From the IMG/VR virus record IMGVR_UViG_3300008267_000004, positions 96,001 through 160,000 of that record: a DNA stretch of 64,000 nucleotides; one strand, given 5' to 3'. This stretch comes from a virus. The translations under genes were made by a program, and so were the position numbers. Below, piece by piece: positions 22,967 to 31,734 of this stretch (the first letter of the stretch is position 1; each line of letters starts with the position of its first letter). The notes beneath the pieces were generated by a model. That model was given only the letters and a program-made list of their open reading frames with translations, was not told the origin of the DNA and ran no database searches.

Positions 22967-24208
22967 TTAGTCAACGCTGATAACCCGTTCAGTCGTGCTG
23001 AAATACGGATTATTAGCACCAGCATCATCGGTCATCCACATTCGCTGACACTTGGAAGGTCCGGGCTTCGGTGCCTCCATGTCAGTTAGGATGATATGAC
23101 CATCAAAGTTATGCTCGTTAACATACTTTGTAGGTGCATCAAAGTTAGTACCACCGCAAAGCACACGCTCAACCTTGCGATTTTGACCCTTCTTCCAGAC
23201 ATAGATCTTATCTGGTGCAACATCAAAGTCGAACGGAATAACCGTGAACGACGCAAGATCAGAAAGTTCGTTAAGTTCAGTAAAGAACTTGGTCAGTAGT
23301 TCATCACTAACCGAACCAGACTGGTCGATTGAAATAGCGATGTTTGCATGACGACGAACCTTCTTGCCGGGATGAATCATCGGATAACGCTTGTTGAGGC
23401 GCTTAACCGTTGAATTCTTGTCGGAACGGCGAGAGGTCTTAATGAAGTAACGGAGAACGGCACGCCAATTAACCTTGCCCTTGATCCGCTTCATAATATC
23501 CTTACGCATATCTTCAGATACCGTACCCCAACTACTTCCACGCTTTGCAGTATCTTCAGCAGCTTGCTTCATCATTTCCTTTAGACGCTGCTTTGCAATC
23601 TCCTTAATTTCATCAGGCAAAGGACTGCCTTCACCATCCCAACCAGAATGATCATCCATCTCGTTGCCATCATCATTATCTTCCTCGTTTAGGCGAGCAA
23701 AATAATACTCGGCAACTTGCTTGCTAGGATACTTCTCAAACGGTCCCTCACCAGGAATACAACCCTTTTCAGGCAACATATCGCGGGGAATGTGAGAATT
23801 AATTGCAAGATCTGCAGCAACATTCCAACGTCGAAAAAGCTCCTTGTCTTCGGGCTTACGAGTTGTAACGTGTTCCAGAAGCAGATGATAGAACTCATGC
23901 ATCAGAACACCCTTTTGCTGTTGCTCGGTCAACTCACTAAAAAAGTTGTTATTATATACCATCTCATAACGACCTTCTTCTGTTACGCGAACACCAGCAG
24001 TAGGACATGATTTATCTTCACGCTTGTCAACGTGTCGAGACAAAGCGGCAAAGAAAGGCTCCTCCTTGAGCAAATGATAGAGCATGATATTAAGATCAAA
24101 TGCAGGCTTCTGAATAACAGTATTTTCTTCTGACATTTCTACCTCACGGTTTTTTGTTTGTCCATATATAGGAAAGGGCAACTGGCGAAAACCAGTTGCC
24201 CAATCCAA
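22967..24208 (-). CDS. DUF2201-type putative metallopeptidase plus VWA-like domain protein
   Basis: MHEFYH (HExxH), WNVAADLAINS, DDHSGW, SIDQSGSV (MIDAS DxSxS), GGTNFD, LTD; start probably at MSEEN. Confidence 0.9.
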   Translation of the reverse strand: MDWATGFRQLPFPIYGQTKNREVEMSEENTVIQKPAFDLNIMLYHLLKEEPFFAALSRHVDKREDKSCPTAGVRVTEEGRYEMVYNNNFFSELTEQQQKGVLMHEFYHLLLEHVTTRKPEDKELFRRWNVAADLAINSHIPRDMLPEKGCIPGEGPFEKYPSKQVAEYYFARLNEEDNDDGNEMDDHSGWDGEGSPLPDEIKEIAKQRLKEMMKQAAEDTAKRGSSWGTVSEDMRKDIMKRIKGKVNWRAVLRYFIKTSRRSDKNSTVKRLNKRYPMIHPGKKVRRHANIAISIDQSGSVSDELLTKFFTELNELSDLASFTVIPFDFDVAPDKIYVWKKGQNRKVERVLCGGTNFDAPTKYVNEHNFDGHIILTDMEAPKPGPSKCQRMWMTDDAGANNPYFSTTERVISVD

Positions 24209-24213
24209 CCTAA

Positions 24214-25290
24214 TTACTTCTTCTCAGGAGCCTTCTCTGCATTACCACCAGTCATGATTTCAACAATGTGGTTGCCAAGAGCGTTATGCAGGTTAACGGC
24301 GTTCTTAATGTTCTGCGGACCAACTGACTTCCACAGCTTCATAAGAGCCTCACCGGGCATACGGCGACCCCAATCAGCAAGATGCTTGATCGTCTTTGCA
24401 TCAAGCGGCTTCTTGAGAACTTCGCTTGCAATAACCTTGTCGATCATTGAAACGTGATCATTGATACCCCAAGTCTCCATAGCATCATGGCGACCATTCA
24501 TGATATCGTCAACAGTGACCTGCGATTCGTACTTCTCGGCAAAGTCGCGGAACTTAACCGCTGCCTCGAAACCAACGAACGCAGTAGCCAACTCAAACAC
24601 CGTACCGAGATTGTGCTTGAAGTCCTTAGAAGAACCCTCAAGCAGCTTACCAGTTGCAAGGCAATCGTTTAGACGGAACCACGAACGTCGTGAAGGAAAA
24701 ACCTTGTTAGGCTCATATTCACCCTTGAACTCAAGGTGAGCGCGATCCTGGTTGATAAAGTCCCAAACGATAGGGAGAACCTTACCCTTAGCATGATCAA
24801 GCCAATCCTCGATAGAAGGCTCAACGTCGAACACCGTCCAACGATCCAACTCAGCAGGGTCCATCTCGCCAACCTGATACTGTGAACCATGCTCACCACC
24901 GTTAACGGCAGCAAAGATCAAAGTATTGCGGTGCAGATGCCAACCGTTCAGCTTACGGGAGTCAGTCAGTTCGAAGATACCCTGACGGACTTCCTGCGTT
25001 GCACGATCAACCTCGTCCAGAAACAGGACAACGCCATTATCACAAGCCTCCTTGAGCCAATCCGGCGCGTTCCATCGCGTCGAATTACCCTCAATAGAAG
25101 GCAGACCCATAAGATCACCTTCGGTCATTTGAGAAGCACGACGCTCGACAACAGACATATTACGCATCAAAGCATACTGATAAACCAGTTCAGACTTACC
25201 AATACCGTGACGACCACGGAGCAGAACAGGCTTGCGAATATCCGTTACGAAAGGGACAACCTTGAGGAAGGACTTAAAATCAATAGCCAT
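24214..25290 (-). CDS. MoxR-like AAA+ ATPase
   Basis: Walker A GRHGIGKS, Walker B LFLDEVDR, MDPAELDRW, PSRRSW; adjacent to a VWA partner. Confidence 0.9.
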   Translation of the reverse strand: MAIDFKSFLKVVPFVTDIRKPVLLRGRHGIGKSELVYQYALMRNMSVVERRASQMTEGDLMGLPSIEGNSTRWNAPDWLKEACDNGVVLFLDEVDRATQEVRQGIFELTDSRKLNGWHLHRNTLIFAAVNGGEHGSQYQVGEMDPAELDRWTVFDVEPSIEDWLDHAKGKVLPIVWDFINQDRAHLEFKGEYEPNKVFPSRRSWFRLNDCLATGKLLEGSSKDFKHNLGTVFELATAFVGFEAAVKFRDFAEKYESQVTVDDIMNGRHDAMETWGINDHVSMIDKVIASEVLKKPLDAKTIKHLADWGRRMPGEALMKLWKSVGPQNIKNAVNLHNALGNHIVEIMTGGNAEKAPEKK

Positions 25291-25365
25291 CTTGTATTAC
25301 CTTTTCCTTTTTTACTTACGTTAAAGAATCAATGGGAACCCATTTCCCACCGAAACAGAGCAGAC

Positions 25366-25394
25366 ATTATAGCACGCGGCATGGCGCGTGTCCA
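25366..25394 (-). promoter_or_regulatory. sigma70-like promoter
   Basis: TGGACA-17-TATAAT with TG; TACTCTAT box at 25414-25421. Confidence 0.75.
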
Positions 25395-25459
25395 GCACAA
25401 AAAAACAGCAGCCATAGAGTAAAAAATCCGCCTGTTTTTCTCGCAACCGAACAGCGCCT

Positions 25460-25488
25460 ATATTACCACGGCCCGCTTGTGAAGTCCA
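25460..25488 (-). promoter_or_regulatory. sigma70-like promoter
   Basis: TGGACT-17-TAATAT with TG; TACTCTAT box at 25508-25515. Confidence 0.65.
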
Positions 25489-25517
25489 CAACAAAAAAAC
25501 AACACCGATAGAGTAAA

Positions 25518-26105
25518 CTATCTGCGCGACTTACGTTTATTGCGCTTCGTATCTTCCAAGACTCGGGGAACACCATATGTGCCGTAACCCCAATCTTTTG
25601 GAAACTGACGATCAACTATTTCTGGGGCGATAGGAGAAAGAACCTTGCATCCCCAAGTCCCAGAAGTAGGCGGTGGAATCCACGAAATCATCACCCAGCG
25701 ATCATCTGCTGCTGTAATTGATTTACCACCAAATCCATACAAACTATCTTTTGACAGATCGTTGAAATTAATATCAACAATCTCATAGACATTATCTTCA
25801 CCACCATATTGCACAAGCGCACCAATACCAAGACCAGCTTGCTTCATATCTTCTTTAAATTTATATGCCCAGCTGCTGTTATCCTCGATCCAGTTTTCTC
25901 TTGCCGTTTTACGAATAGGGCAGGTTGAACGGGTGTGAGTGCGATCAACCTTAAACTCATAACGACGACAATAACTACATGAAGCAGAACGCTTACCTGA
26001 TGGAGAAAAGTTATTCTCCGTTCCAGTAGGAATAGTTTTACTAATATGTGGACACGTTTGCCTATTGTGTCCAGCTACTCGACAATATCCACAACGACGA
26101 TGCAT
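25518..26105 (-). CDS. double zinc-knuckle protein
   Basis: CGYCRVAGHNRQTC and CSYC...HTRSTC; later GIGALVQY SH3-like segment; RBS GAGGT. Confidence 0.8.
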   Translation of the reverse strand: MHRRCGYCRVAGHNRQTCPHISKTIPTGTENNFSPSGKRSASCSYCRRYEFKVDRTHTRSTCPIRKTARENWIEDNSSWAYKFKEDMKQAGLGIGALVQYGGEDNVYEIVDINFNDLSKDSLYGFGGKSITAADDRWVMISWIPPPTSGTWGCKVLSPIAPEIVDRQFPKDWGYGTYGVPRVLEDTKRNKRKSRR

Positions 26106-26155
26106 ATCTACCTCAAATCAAAAATGGTGCTACTGTAGCGCCAAACAGATGCCCT

Positions 26156-26185
26156 AGAGTACCACGGGAGGGGTTGTGAAGTCAA
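26156..26185 (-). promoter_or_regulatory. sigma70-like promoter
   Basis: TTGACT-18-TACTCT with TG; TACTCTAT box at 26206-26213. Confidence 0.6.
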
Positions 26186-26214
26186 CCAACAAAAAAACAC
26201 TACAAATAGAGTAG

Positions 26215-26256
26215 CGGCGGCTGGTTTATTCTAATAGAATAAACGGCGGCTGGTTT
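26215..26256. repeat. 13-bp direct repeats flanking a 21-bp palindrome
   Basis: CGGCGGCTGGTTT at 26215-26227 and 26244-26256; GTTTATTCTA-A-TAGAATAAAC at 26224-26244. Confidence 0.8.
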
Positions 26257-26373
26257 GCGACTACACGCCCCGTCCGCGATATTACCATAGATCGGTGTGT
26301 GAAATCTAGCACACAAAAACACTACGGCTAGAGTAAAGATTTTATTTTTAATGTTTTTAATAATTTACGGCCC

Positions 26374-26403
26374 TTGACGCGGAACATTATTCTGTGATAT
26401 AAT
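26374..26403 (+). promoter_or_regulatory. plus-strand sigma70-like promoter with no downstream plus-strand ORF
   Basis: TTGACG-18-TATAAT with TG, preceded by an AT-rich tract. Confidence 0.65.
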
Positions 26404-26535
26404 AACACATCTCGGTTGAATTCAGATTAGTCATTTAACTATTTTAGTTAGAATCTATTTGTTTTGATCTTGGAACTTCTTTACTCTACTGCTGTAGTTT
26501 GTTATCTAGCAGATGAATTAATCATCTCGATATAA

Positions 26536-27171
26536 CTACTGTTTTAGAACTCCGCTCTGTTCTGGAGCGTCGAGTAATTCCCCATCATAATTTGATTCCC
26601 AATTTTTCATATATTCTTCCAATTCGTCTATACTTAACATTTCACATTCTTTCGCTAGAATAAAATTTTCATCATACATTGTTAAAATTTTATACTGTGG
26701 TCTGTGATATTTAATTTTTACATTTGAGTTTGGATTATAATAATTTGGTTCCCACTTTAGATCTTCGAACTGAATTAATGCTGCATTATATTTTTGCTGC
26801 TCTTCAGCTGGTCGATATGTATCTAACTCATCAAATTTAGTATAACCTATAACATAGCCAATTTCACCAGAATTTACAAAATAAATTCTATCAGACCTAA
26901 GTTTGTTGTGTGGAAGGCATGGAGTAAAACTGTTTGTATTTATCCTATTAACTTGTAATACTTCTGTAAAAGTTAGATGCTTTTGAAGTTGCATTTGACT
27001 TTTTATATTTTGTTTAGACATGGACATCATACCATATAGAGCAATATCCATATAATTTGGAGTTCCGTTATAGACCCCCTCCCACACTGGTACTGGGGTA
27101 CTAGGATCTCTTTTTCTTGGATCTAACCAAAATCTAATTCCACCTTCAGGCTTTCTTGATGATAATCCCAT
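26536..27171 (-). CDS. hypothetical protein
   Basis: 211 aa, RBS GGAG. Confidence 0.75.
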   Translation of the reverse strand: MGLSSRKPEGGIRFWLDPRKRDPSTPVPVWEGVYNGTPNYMDIALYGMMSMSKQNIKSQMQLQKHLTFTEVLQVNRINTNSFTPCLPHNKLRSDRIYFVNSGEIGYVIGYTKFDELDTYRPAEEQQKYNAALIQFEDLKWEPNYYNPNSNVKIKYHRPQYKILTMYDENFILAKECEMLSIDELEEYMKNWESNYDGELLDAPEQSGVLKQ

Positions 27172-27183
27172 GGGACTCCTTTG

Positions 27184-27609
27184 TTAGATTTGCACAAGAC
27201 TATATAATCCAGTTTTTTCTTCATCTATTGAAACTTGATCAATTGTTTCATATAATTTAAACTCTGACTCACCCTCTGGTGCATTTATAAGATCACACAC
27301 ATATGTAATTTCTTGAAACTTTTTATTGTTTAATACTTCTTTGTCATGAATAACGCTATCAAGAAATACGAAAGCATAAGCTTGCTCTTTTGGAGTACGA
27401 GAATGATAGTCTACAAATTCTTCATGCACAACTACATACATTCTCCCTCTCTGCATTTCAGAGAGTTTATACATTCTCTCTCCTCTAAATTTCATTTGTT
27501 CCCTCGCAAACATATATTGGTTTATTTCTAAAATCTCCCATATATTCTTTCCCATCTTCATAGATCTCATATTTAATAGAGTTAGAATGTAGCATAAGCT
27601 CACCAACAA
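27184..27609 (-). CDS. hypothetical protein
   Basis: Real start probably at MYKLSE (GGAGAG RBS). Confidence 0.55.
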   Translation of the reverse strand: MLVSLCYILTLLNMRSMKMGKNIWEILEINQYMFAREQMKFRGERMYKLSEMQRGRMYVVVHEEFVDYHSRTPKEQAYAFVFLDSVIHDKEVLNNKKFQEITYVCDLINAPEGESEFKLYETIDQVSIDEEKTGLYSLVQI

Positions 27610-27700
27610 ATTTAGCTTGATCTAGAGTACCATATATTTTCACTCTTTCAGCAAAATAGCCATCTCTTTTTCGGGAAGTTACTAGCCAGATTTTATTCAT
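27485..27700 (-). CDS. hypothetical protein
   Basis: RBS GGAGG upstream. Confidence 0.65.
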   Translation of the reverse strand: MNKIWLVTSRKRDGYFAERVKIYGTLDQAKFVGELMLHSNSIKYEIYEDGKEYMGDFRNKPIYVCEGTNEI

Positions 27701-27712
27701 ATCGCCTCCAAT

Positions 27713-27745
27713 AAAAAGGGCAGCATATCTTTTGATATGCTGCCC
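27713..27745 (-). terminator. intrinsic terminator
   Basis: GGGCAGCATATC-AAAA-GATATGCTGCCC 12-bp hairpin followed by TTTTT. Confidence 0.85.
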
Positions 27746-27762
27746 ATAATTATATTCTATTT

Positions 27763-28098
27763 TTAACGAGCGCGGACTTCTAGTTCGCGGTCAAGGAACG
27801 CCTTGAATGCACGGGCTTCTGATAGTGTCATTACAAAACGACGAGAAGGGCCGTCCGCATCTGTTGGCTTCCAAAGAACTACATTGCTGTAGTCACCGTG
27901 TCGGGTGTCGCCACGACGAATACCCATACCAATGCGCTTTAGTTTGCGCTCGCTCTTGTAAACACCACCATCATATTCAGATGGATCAAAAACTTCAACC
28001 TGACGCTTTTGAGTACGTGTTGAAGTTGGGCGGCTTGAAGAGCGATCTGAAGAACGGTTGTTAGAACGGGTGTTGGTGTTAGTGTTGCGTACTGACAT
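27763..28098 (-). CDS. hypothetical nucleic-acid-binding protein with R/S/N-rich N-terminus
   Basis: Start MSVRNTN after an AAGGA RBS; strongly biased codons; beta-rich core plus C-terminal helix LSEARAFKAFL. Confidence 0.7.
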   Translation of the reverse strand: MSVRNTNTNTRSNNRSSDRSSSRPTSTRTQKRQVEVFDPSEYDGGVYKSERKLKRIGMGIRRGDTRHGDYSNVVLWKPTDADGPSRRFVMTLSEARAFKAFLDRELEVRAR

Positions 28099-28102
28099 AT
28101 TA

Positions 28103-28438
28103 TCATCCTTTGCCTTTGGGGCGGTTAAAAACAGCTTTCTGCACAGCAGAAGCATGTTTGCATTTATTGCGGAAACGATATCCGCTACAATCACAAGTAA
28201 TTTTTTTATCATTCCATACCTCGACAATATATTTTGATTTTCCATTAGAAGATTTAACGGAATATTTTTGCATTGGTTTCGGTAATTCGGGTCTTTCATA
28301 AATTGCATAAAGATGCAAATTTTCACGGGTTGTACCGTTTGGAATCTCGACCCAATTTCCTCCAACGGCGTAAGTTTTACCTCCAGACACTAAAATAGCA
28401 GGAGGCTGATTCATTTTGGCGGGGTAGCTCTCAATCAT
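28103..28438 (-). CDS. SWIM zinc-finger protein
   Basis: CDCSGYRFRNKCKH motif. Confidence 0.85.
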   Translation of the reverse strand: MIESYPAKMNQPPAILVSGGKTYAVGGNWVEIPNGTTRENLHLYAIYERPELPKPMQKYSVKSSNGKSKYIVEVWNDKKITCDCSGYRFRNKCKHASAVQKAVFNRPKGKG

Positions 28439-28444
28439 AGAGAC

Positions 28445-28473
28445 ATAATACCACGCTAAAATAGCGCCGTCAA
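28445..28473 (-). promoter_or_regulatory. sigma70-like promoter
   Basis: TTGACG-17-TATTAT with TG. Confidence 0.7.
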
Positions 28474-28519
28474 GGGCAAAAAATACTGTCGATGTTTTTT
28501 TACTGAGAGTGGAAGGACA

Positions 28520-28792
28520 CTAATCGTCTAGGTCATCTTCAAACTCATCATCTATAAGAGCTTCTTCAAGTAAGTCTTCATCGTCTACTATATCATCATC
28601 TTTGCGATAATAATCTTTCTGTGCTTCATTCCAATAAAATTTATCTTCTTCGAACTCGGCTAGTAGATCTTCTATTTTTTCTTGCTCATCTTCATCCAAG
28701 AGATCCATCATATCTTCATATTTATCTCTTGCCTGTTCTACATCATATTTTCCTGACTCTAAACCTTTTTTTAAAATTTTAAATAATGACAT
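28520..28792 (-). CDS. small acidic protein
   Basis: Very D/E-rich 90 aa ORF after promoter 28820-28848. Confidence 0.7.
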   Translation of the reverse strand: MSLFKILKKGLESGKYDVEQARDKYEDMMDLLDEDEQEKIEDLLAEFEEDKFYWNEAQKDYYRKDDDIVDDEDLLEEALIDDEFEDDLDD

Positions 28793-28819
28793 ATATTATC
28801 GGCTCCTGCTGACTGTGTA

Positions 28820-28848
28820 TTTATACCACGGAAAAATCGCGGGGTAAA
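28820..28848 (-). promoter_or_regulatory. sigma70-like promoter
   Basis: TTTACC-17-TATAAA with TG. Confidence 0.55.
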
Positions 28849-28857
28849 GCACTTTTT

Positions 28858-29367
28858 TCACTCTCTATCTGGAAGTTTATTCGCAATAAATTCATAATGA
28901 GAGGAAAATTTATCAGTATATAGATCGATCTTTTTCTGTTCGTCATCCCACATCTCAATTTTTTTAATTGTTGGATGTTTTCTTAAAATTTTTCTTATTT
29001 CTTCTGTCTTAAAATCTCCTGTATCCATACCCATAGGATTCAATTTAACAAAATCAAAATTAAGACCTTTAAATTTTATCAGATCCCTAATTCTTTCATC
29101 AAAAACAGAATCTACTCTTCCAGTAAGCATGATACAAAATGTTTTTCTGTCAGATAATTCTTTTTTTGCGGCATCAACAGTGGAATCTATCCAAAATCCA
29201 TTACCTTTTAATGGTACAGAAGGAGGAGATAATGATATTAGTTCTCCCCACCAATTTCTTTTATAACCCTGCGGTTTATTTGGACTTCTAAATAAAGTTC
29301 CATCGAAATCAAATACCGATAATTTATTATAATATTCTCGTCTTTCCGTTAGGGTAATTTTAATCAT
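28858..29367 (-). CDS. HAD-superfamily phosphatase (Swiss-army-knife RNA repair type)
   Basis: FDFDGTLFRSP (motif I), LTGR (II), K, WDD (IV). Confidence 0.85.
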   Translation of the reverse strand: MIKITLTERREYYNKLSVFDFDGTLFRSPNKPQGYKRNWWGELISLSPPSVPLKGNGFWIDSTVDAAKKELSDRKTFCIMLTGRVDSVFDERIRDLIKFKGLNFDFVKLNPMGMDTGDFKTEEIRKILRKHPTIKKIEMWDDEQKKIDLYTDKFSSHYEFIANKLPDRE

Positions 29368-29368
29368 T

Positions 29369-29701
29369 CTATCCTCTTGTTTTTTCGTATTCTAAATATT
29401 CTGCCACTGTCTCTATAGCTTCTGTAGCAACTGCAATTTTCTCTTGAACCCAAGGTTCTAAATCATCTTCATCATTTACTAACTTAGATAGCATTGAGGC
29501 GTGTTTCATTAAGTTATAAACATTACTTCTAGCCATACGACCATCTGAGTCGTAGCTTTCTTTATCGGAGTCTCCTAATTTTAGTTTTACTACACCACCT
29601 CCAGTGAATGGCATATCTCCACTTAACATTCCCATATCTGCCATACATTCTTGTATTTCTTCAGATATAATCTTTTTTAAAGATTCTTTGGTTATTTTCA
29701 T
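29369..29701 (-). CDS. hypothetical protein with MKIT-leader
   Basis: MKITKESLKKIISEE; DGRMA...DDLEPWVQEKI segment. Confidence 0.8.
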   Translation of the reverse strand: MKITKESLKKIISEEIQECMADMGMLSGDMPFTGGGVVKLKLGDSDKESYDSDGRMARSNVYNLMKHASMLSKLVNDEDDLEPWVQEKIAVATEAIETVAEYLEYEKTRG

Positions 29702-29710
29702 ATTTTTTCC

Positions 29711-31732
29711 TCAATTATCAAATATTACAAATACAGGATTTGATGGATTACTTTGTGGAAGTATACCAATATTTCCTACATGAGAATCATGTAAATAATT
29801 TCCAGTTTTTATAAACAAATAAATTGTCTTTGCTAAACTCACAAATTCATTTTTTGTTAAAGCACTTGGATACATTTTCTTTTTTTGCATAAAATCTTTA
29901 AATATAGAAGCGATCTTTTCTTGGCTAAAAAGAAAAAACTTTTTACTATATTTCTGCTCTATTTCTATCATCATATCCTTACACAATTCATAGTCAGATT
30001 CAGCATCATCTGCAGATCTTCTAGTTTCTTCCATAAAATCTGATAATGGAATTACTCTAGCCATTTCTACATAATTTACTTGCTCTCCAGCATCAAGTTT
30101 TATTTCACCCTCGTCATATATTGGAAGATCTGTAATATTACCAGCACTTGAGAACATTCTTGCTTTTGTTCCCTTATACCAATACATATCACCACCGCCA
30201 GAATAGTCATCCTGATATAGTTTTAATATATGCCCATTATCTAGTAGGTAGATAAAACCTTTTGTTCCAGCTGTTAACAACTCTTGAATTGGCTTACTTA
30301 ACACAGGGCATTTTTTTACTAACTCAACGGCATCTTGTAAACTTAAATTAAAATATTTAAGAATATTTTTAGTTCTTTTTCTTTGCCCAAGCTTTAAAAT
30401 ATCATATTCTTCTACATCGCCAATTAGTTTAAAAAAATTTTCTTTTTGTATATCCGATAATGAATCAAATAGTGGATTAGATTGGTTTTCTCCAATTGGA
30501 CCAAATGATTCGCCCGGTGCAATTGTCGCGCCGCCAGCTTGTTTACTTCTTTTTCTATAAACTTTAGCTACGCCACCAGTTCTATCTTTACTGTACGGAT
30601 ATTTAGAGGTTATTTTAGCATCTTTATATGGATTTGGCAAGGACTTTTTTTTACTTAAATTTTTTGGAGATTTTAATTTTGCTAATTTTTTTTCTTGCAT
30701 TTTTTTCTTTAGAGCTAATCTCTTTTTCTTGACTTTCTCTAAAAATTCAGAAATCTCCTCTGATAACTCCTCTGTGCCTTGTAGTTCTTTTTCAAAGATT
30801 TTATGTATCTTTGCATTCATACTTCTGGACTTTTCCTGTTGTAGTTGTGCCCATTCAAGATCTAGCTTGTTTCCTGGTTTTCTTTTCGCGTGTTTAGATC
30901 TTGAATCTGCTCTTATTTTCCAATAATTACTTAAAGTGGCTTCCCCTAATAAATTTTTAGTATTTCTGACTAACATCTCATTGAATGTTTCATCAGAAAT
31001 TCCTATCTCCCTATCTGTTTTTTTAAACCTGTTAGATGTTATTAATCGATCAAAACCTTCTGATTTAGAAGGTTCTTCAAAGTTTTTATATATTTCTTCG
31101 TAATCTGATTTAGATACTCCCCTATCAAATTCTGGACCGTATCTTTCTAGGAAGTCTTTTGCTCTTAATTCCGCTGATCTTAAAATTTGTTTTTCATATC
31201 CCTTAAAAGGAAATACAACACCAATTATATTAAAATCGTCCCTGCCAGATATATAATCAATTGTAGTTTTTCTATTGCTTCTAGTCATATGTATTGCATC
31301 TACTACAATATTTTTTACATCAGAAGAAATAGCATTTTTTAATTCTGAATCATATATGGCATTTAATTCTTCACCAGCAGCATGAGCGTTTTCAAACGCT
31401 AATTCTTCTACTTCCTTTCCCTTACTCTTACTGAATCTTGTATATTTTGTTAATCTTCCAAGTTTCTTTTTTTCTGGATGCTCTTCACCAACTTCAAGAT
31501 CTTGTGTTGGAACCTTAAAAATATCCTTGTTTGCTAGATTATATTTTGGAAATATAACATCCTCTATTATTTCATCTTTAGATATAATAATTCTATTGTC
31601 CTTAACATTGTTCTCTATCCAGCTAGATTTTCCTACAGCTGGCGGTCCTATTAAGACAAAGAAATTTCTTTTAGAAGAATTAGATTCTTCTTTTTCTTCT
31701 AATAGCCATTTCTTGAATTTAAATATATTCAC
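29711..31732 (-). CDS. fusion of P-loop polynucleotide-kinase-like domain and protein-kinase-like domain
   Basis: GPPAVGKS and VVDAIHM in the N-terminal part; GTKG...ILK...YVEM...LHDSHVGN...IFD in the C-terminal part. Confidence 0.8.
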   Translation of the reverse strand: MNIFKFKKWLLEEKEESNSSKRNFFVLIGPPAVGKSSWIENNVKDNRIIISKDEIIEDVIFPKYNLANKDIFKVPTQDLEVGEEHPEKKKLGRLTKYTRFSKSKGKEVEELAFENAHAAGEELNAIYDSELKNAISSDVKNIVVDAIHMTRSNRKTTIDYISGRDDFNIIGVVFPFKGYEKQILRSAELRAKDFLERYGPEFDRGVSKSDYEEIYKNFEEPSKSEGFDRLITSNRFKKTDREIGISDETFNEMLVRNTKNLLGEATLSNYWKIRADSRSKHAKRKPGNKLDLEWAQLQQEKSRSMNAKIHKIFEKELQGTEELSEEISEFLEKVKKKRLALKKKMQEKKLAKLKSPKNLSKKKSLPNPYKDAKITSKYPYSKDRTGGVAKVYRKRSKQAGGATIAPGESFGPIGENQSNPLFDSLSDIQKENFFKLIGDVEEYDILKLGQRKRTKNILKYFNLSLQDAVELVKKCPVLSKPIQELLTAGTKGFIYLLDNGHILKLYQDDYSGGGDMYWYKGTKARMFSSAGNITDLPIYDEGEIKLDAGEQVNYVEMARVIPLSDFMEETRRSADDAESDYELCKDMMIEIEQKYSKKFFLFSQEKIASIFKDFMQKKKMYPSALTKNEFVSLAKTIYLFIKTGNYLHDSHVGNIGILPQSNPSNPVFVIFDN

Positions 31733-31734
31733 TA

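Noticed and set aside
26279-26308. Additional promoter TAGATT-18-TAATAT
   Set aside because: The -35 is weak, so it is not listed as a feature; it is retained only as context for the TACTCTA box at 26328.
28098-28365. N-terminal 89 codons of ORF 27763..28365
   Set aside because: They overlap the SWIM gene in another frame; the RBS and codon bias point to the start at 28098.
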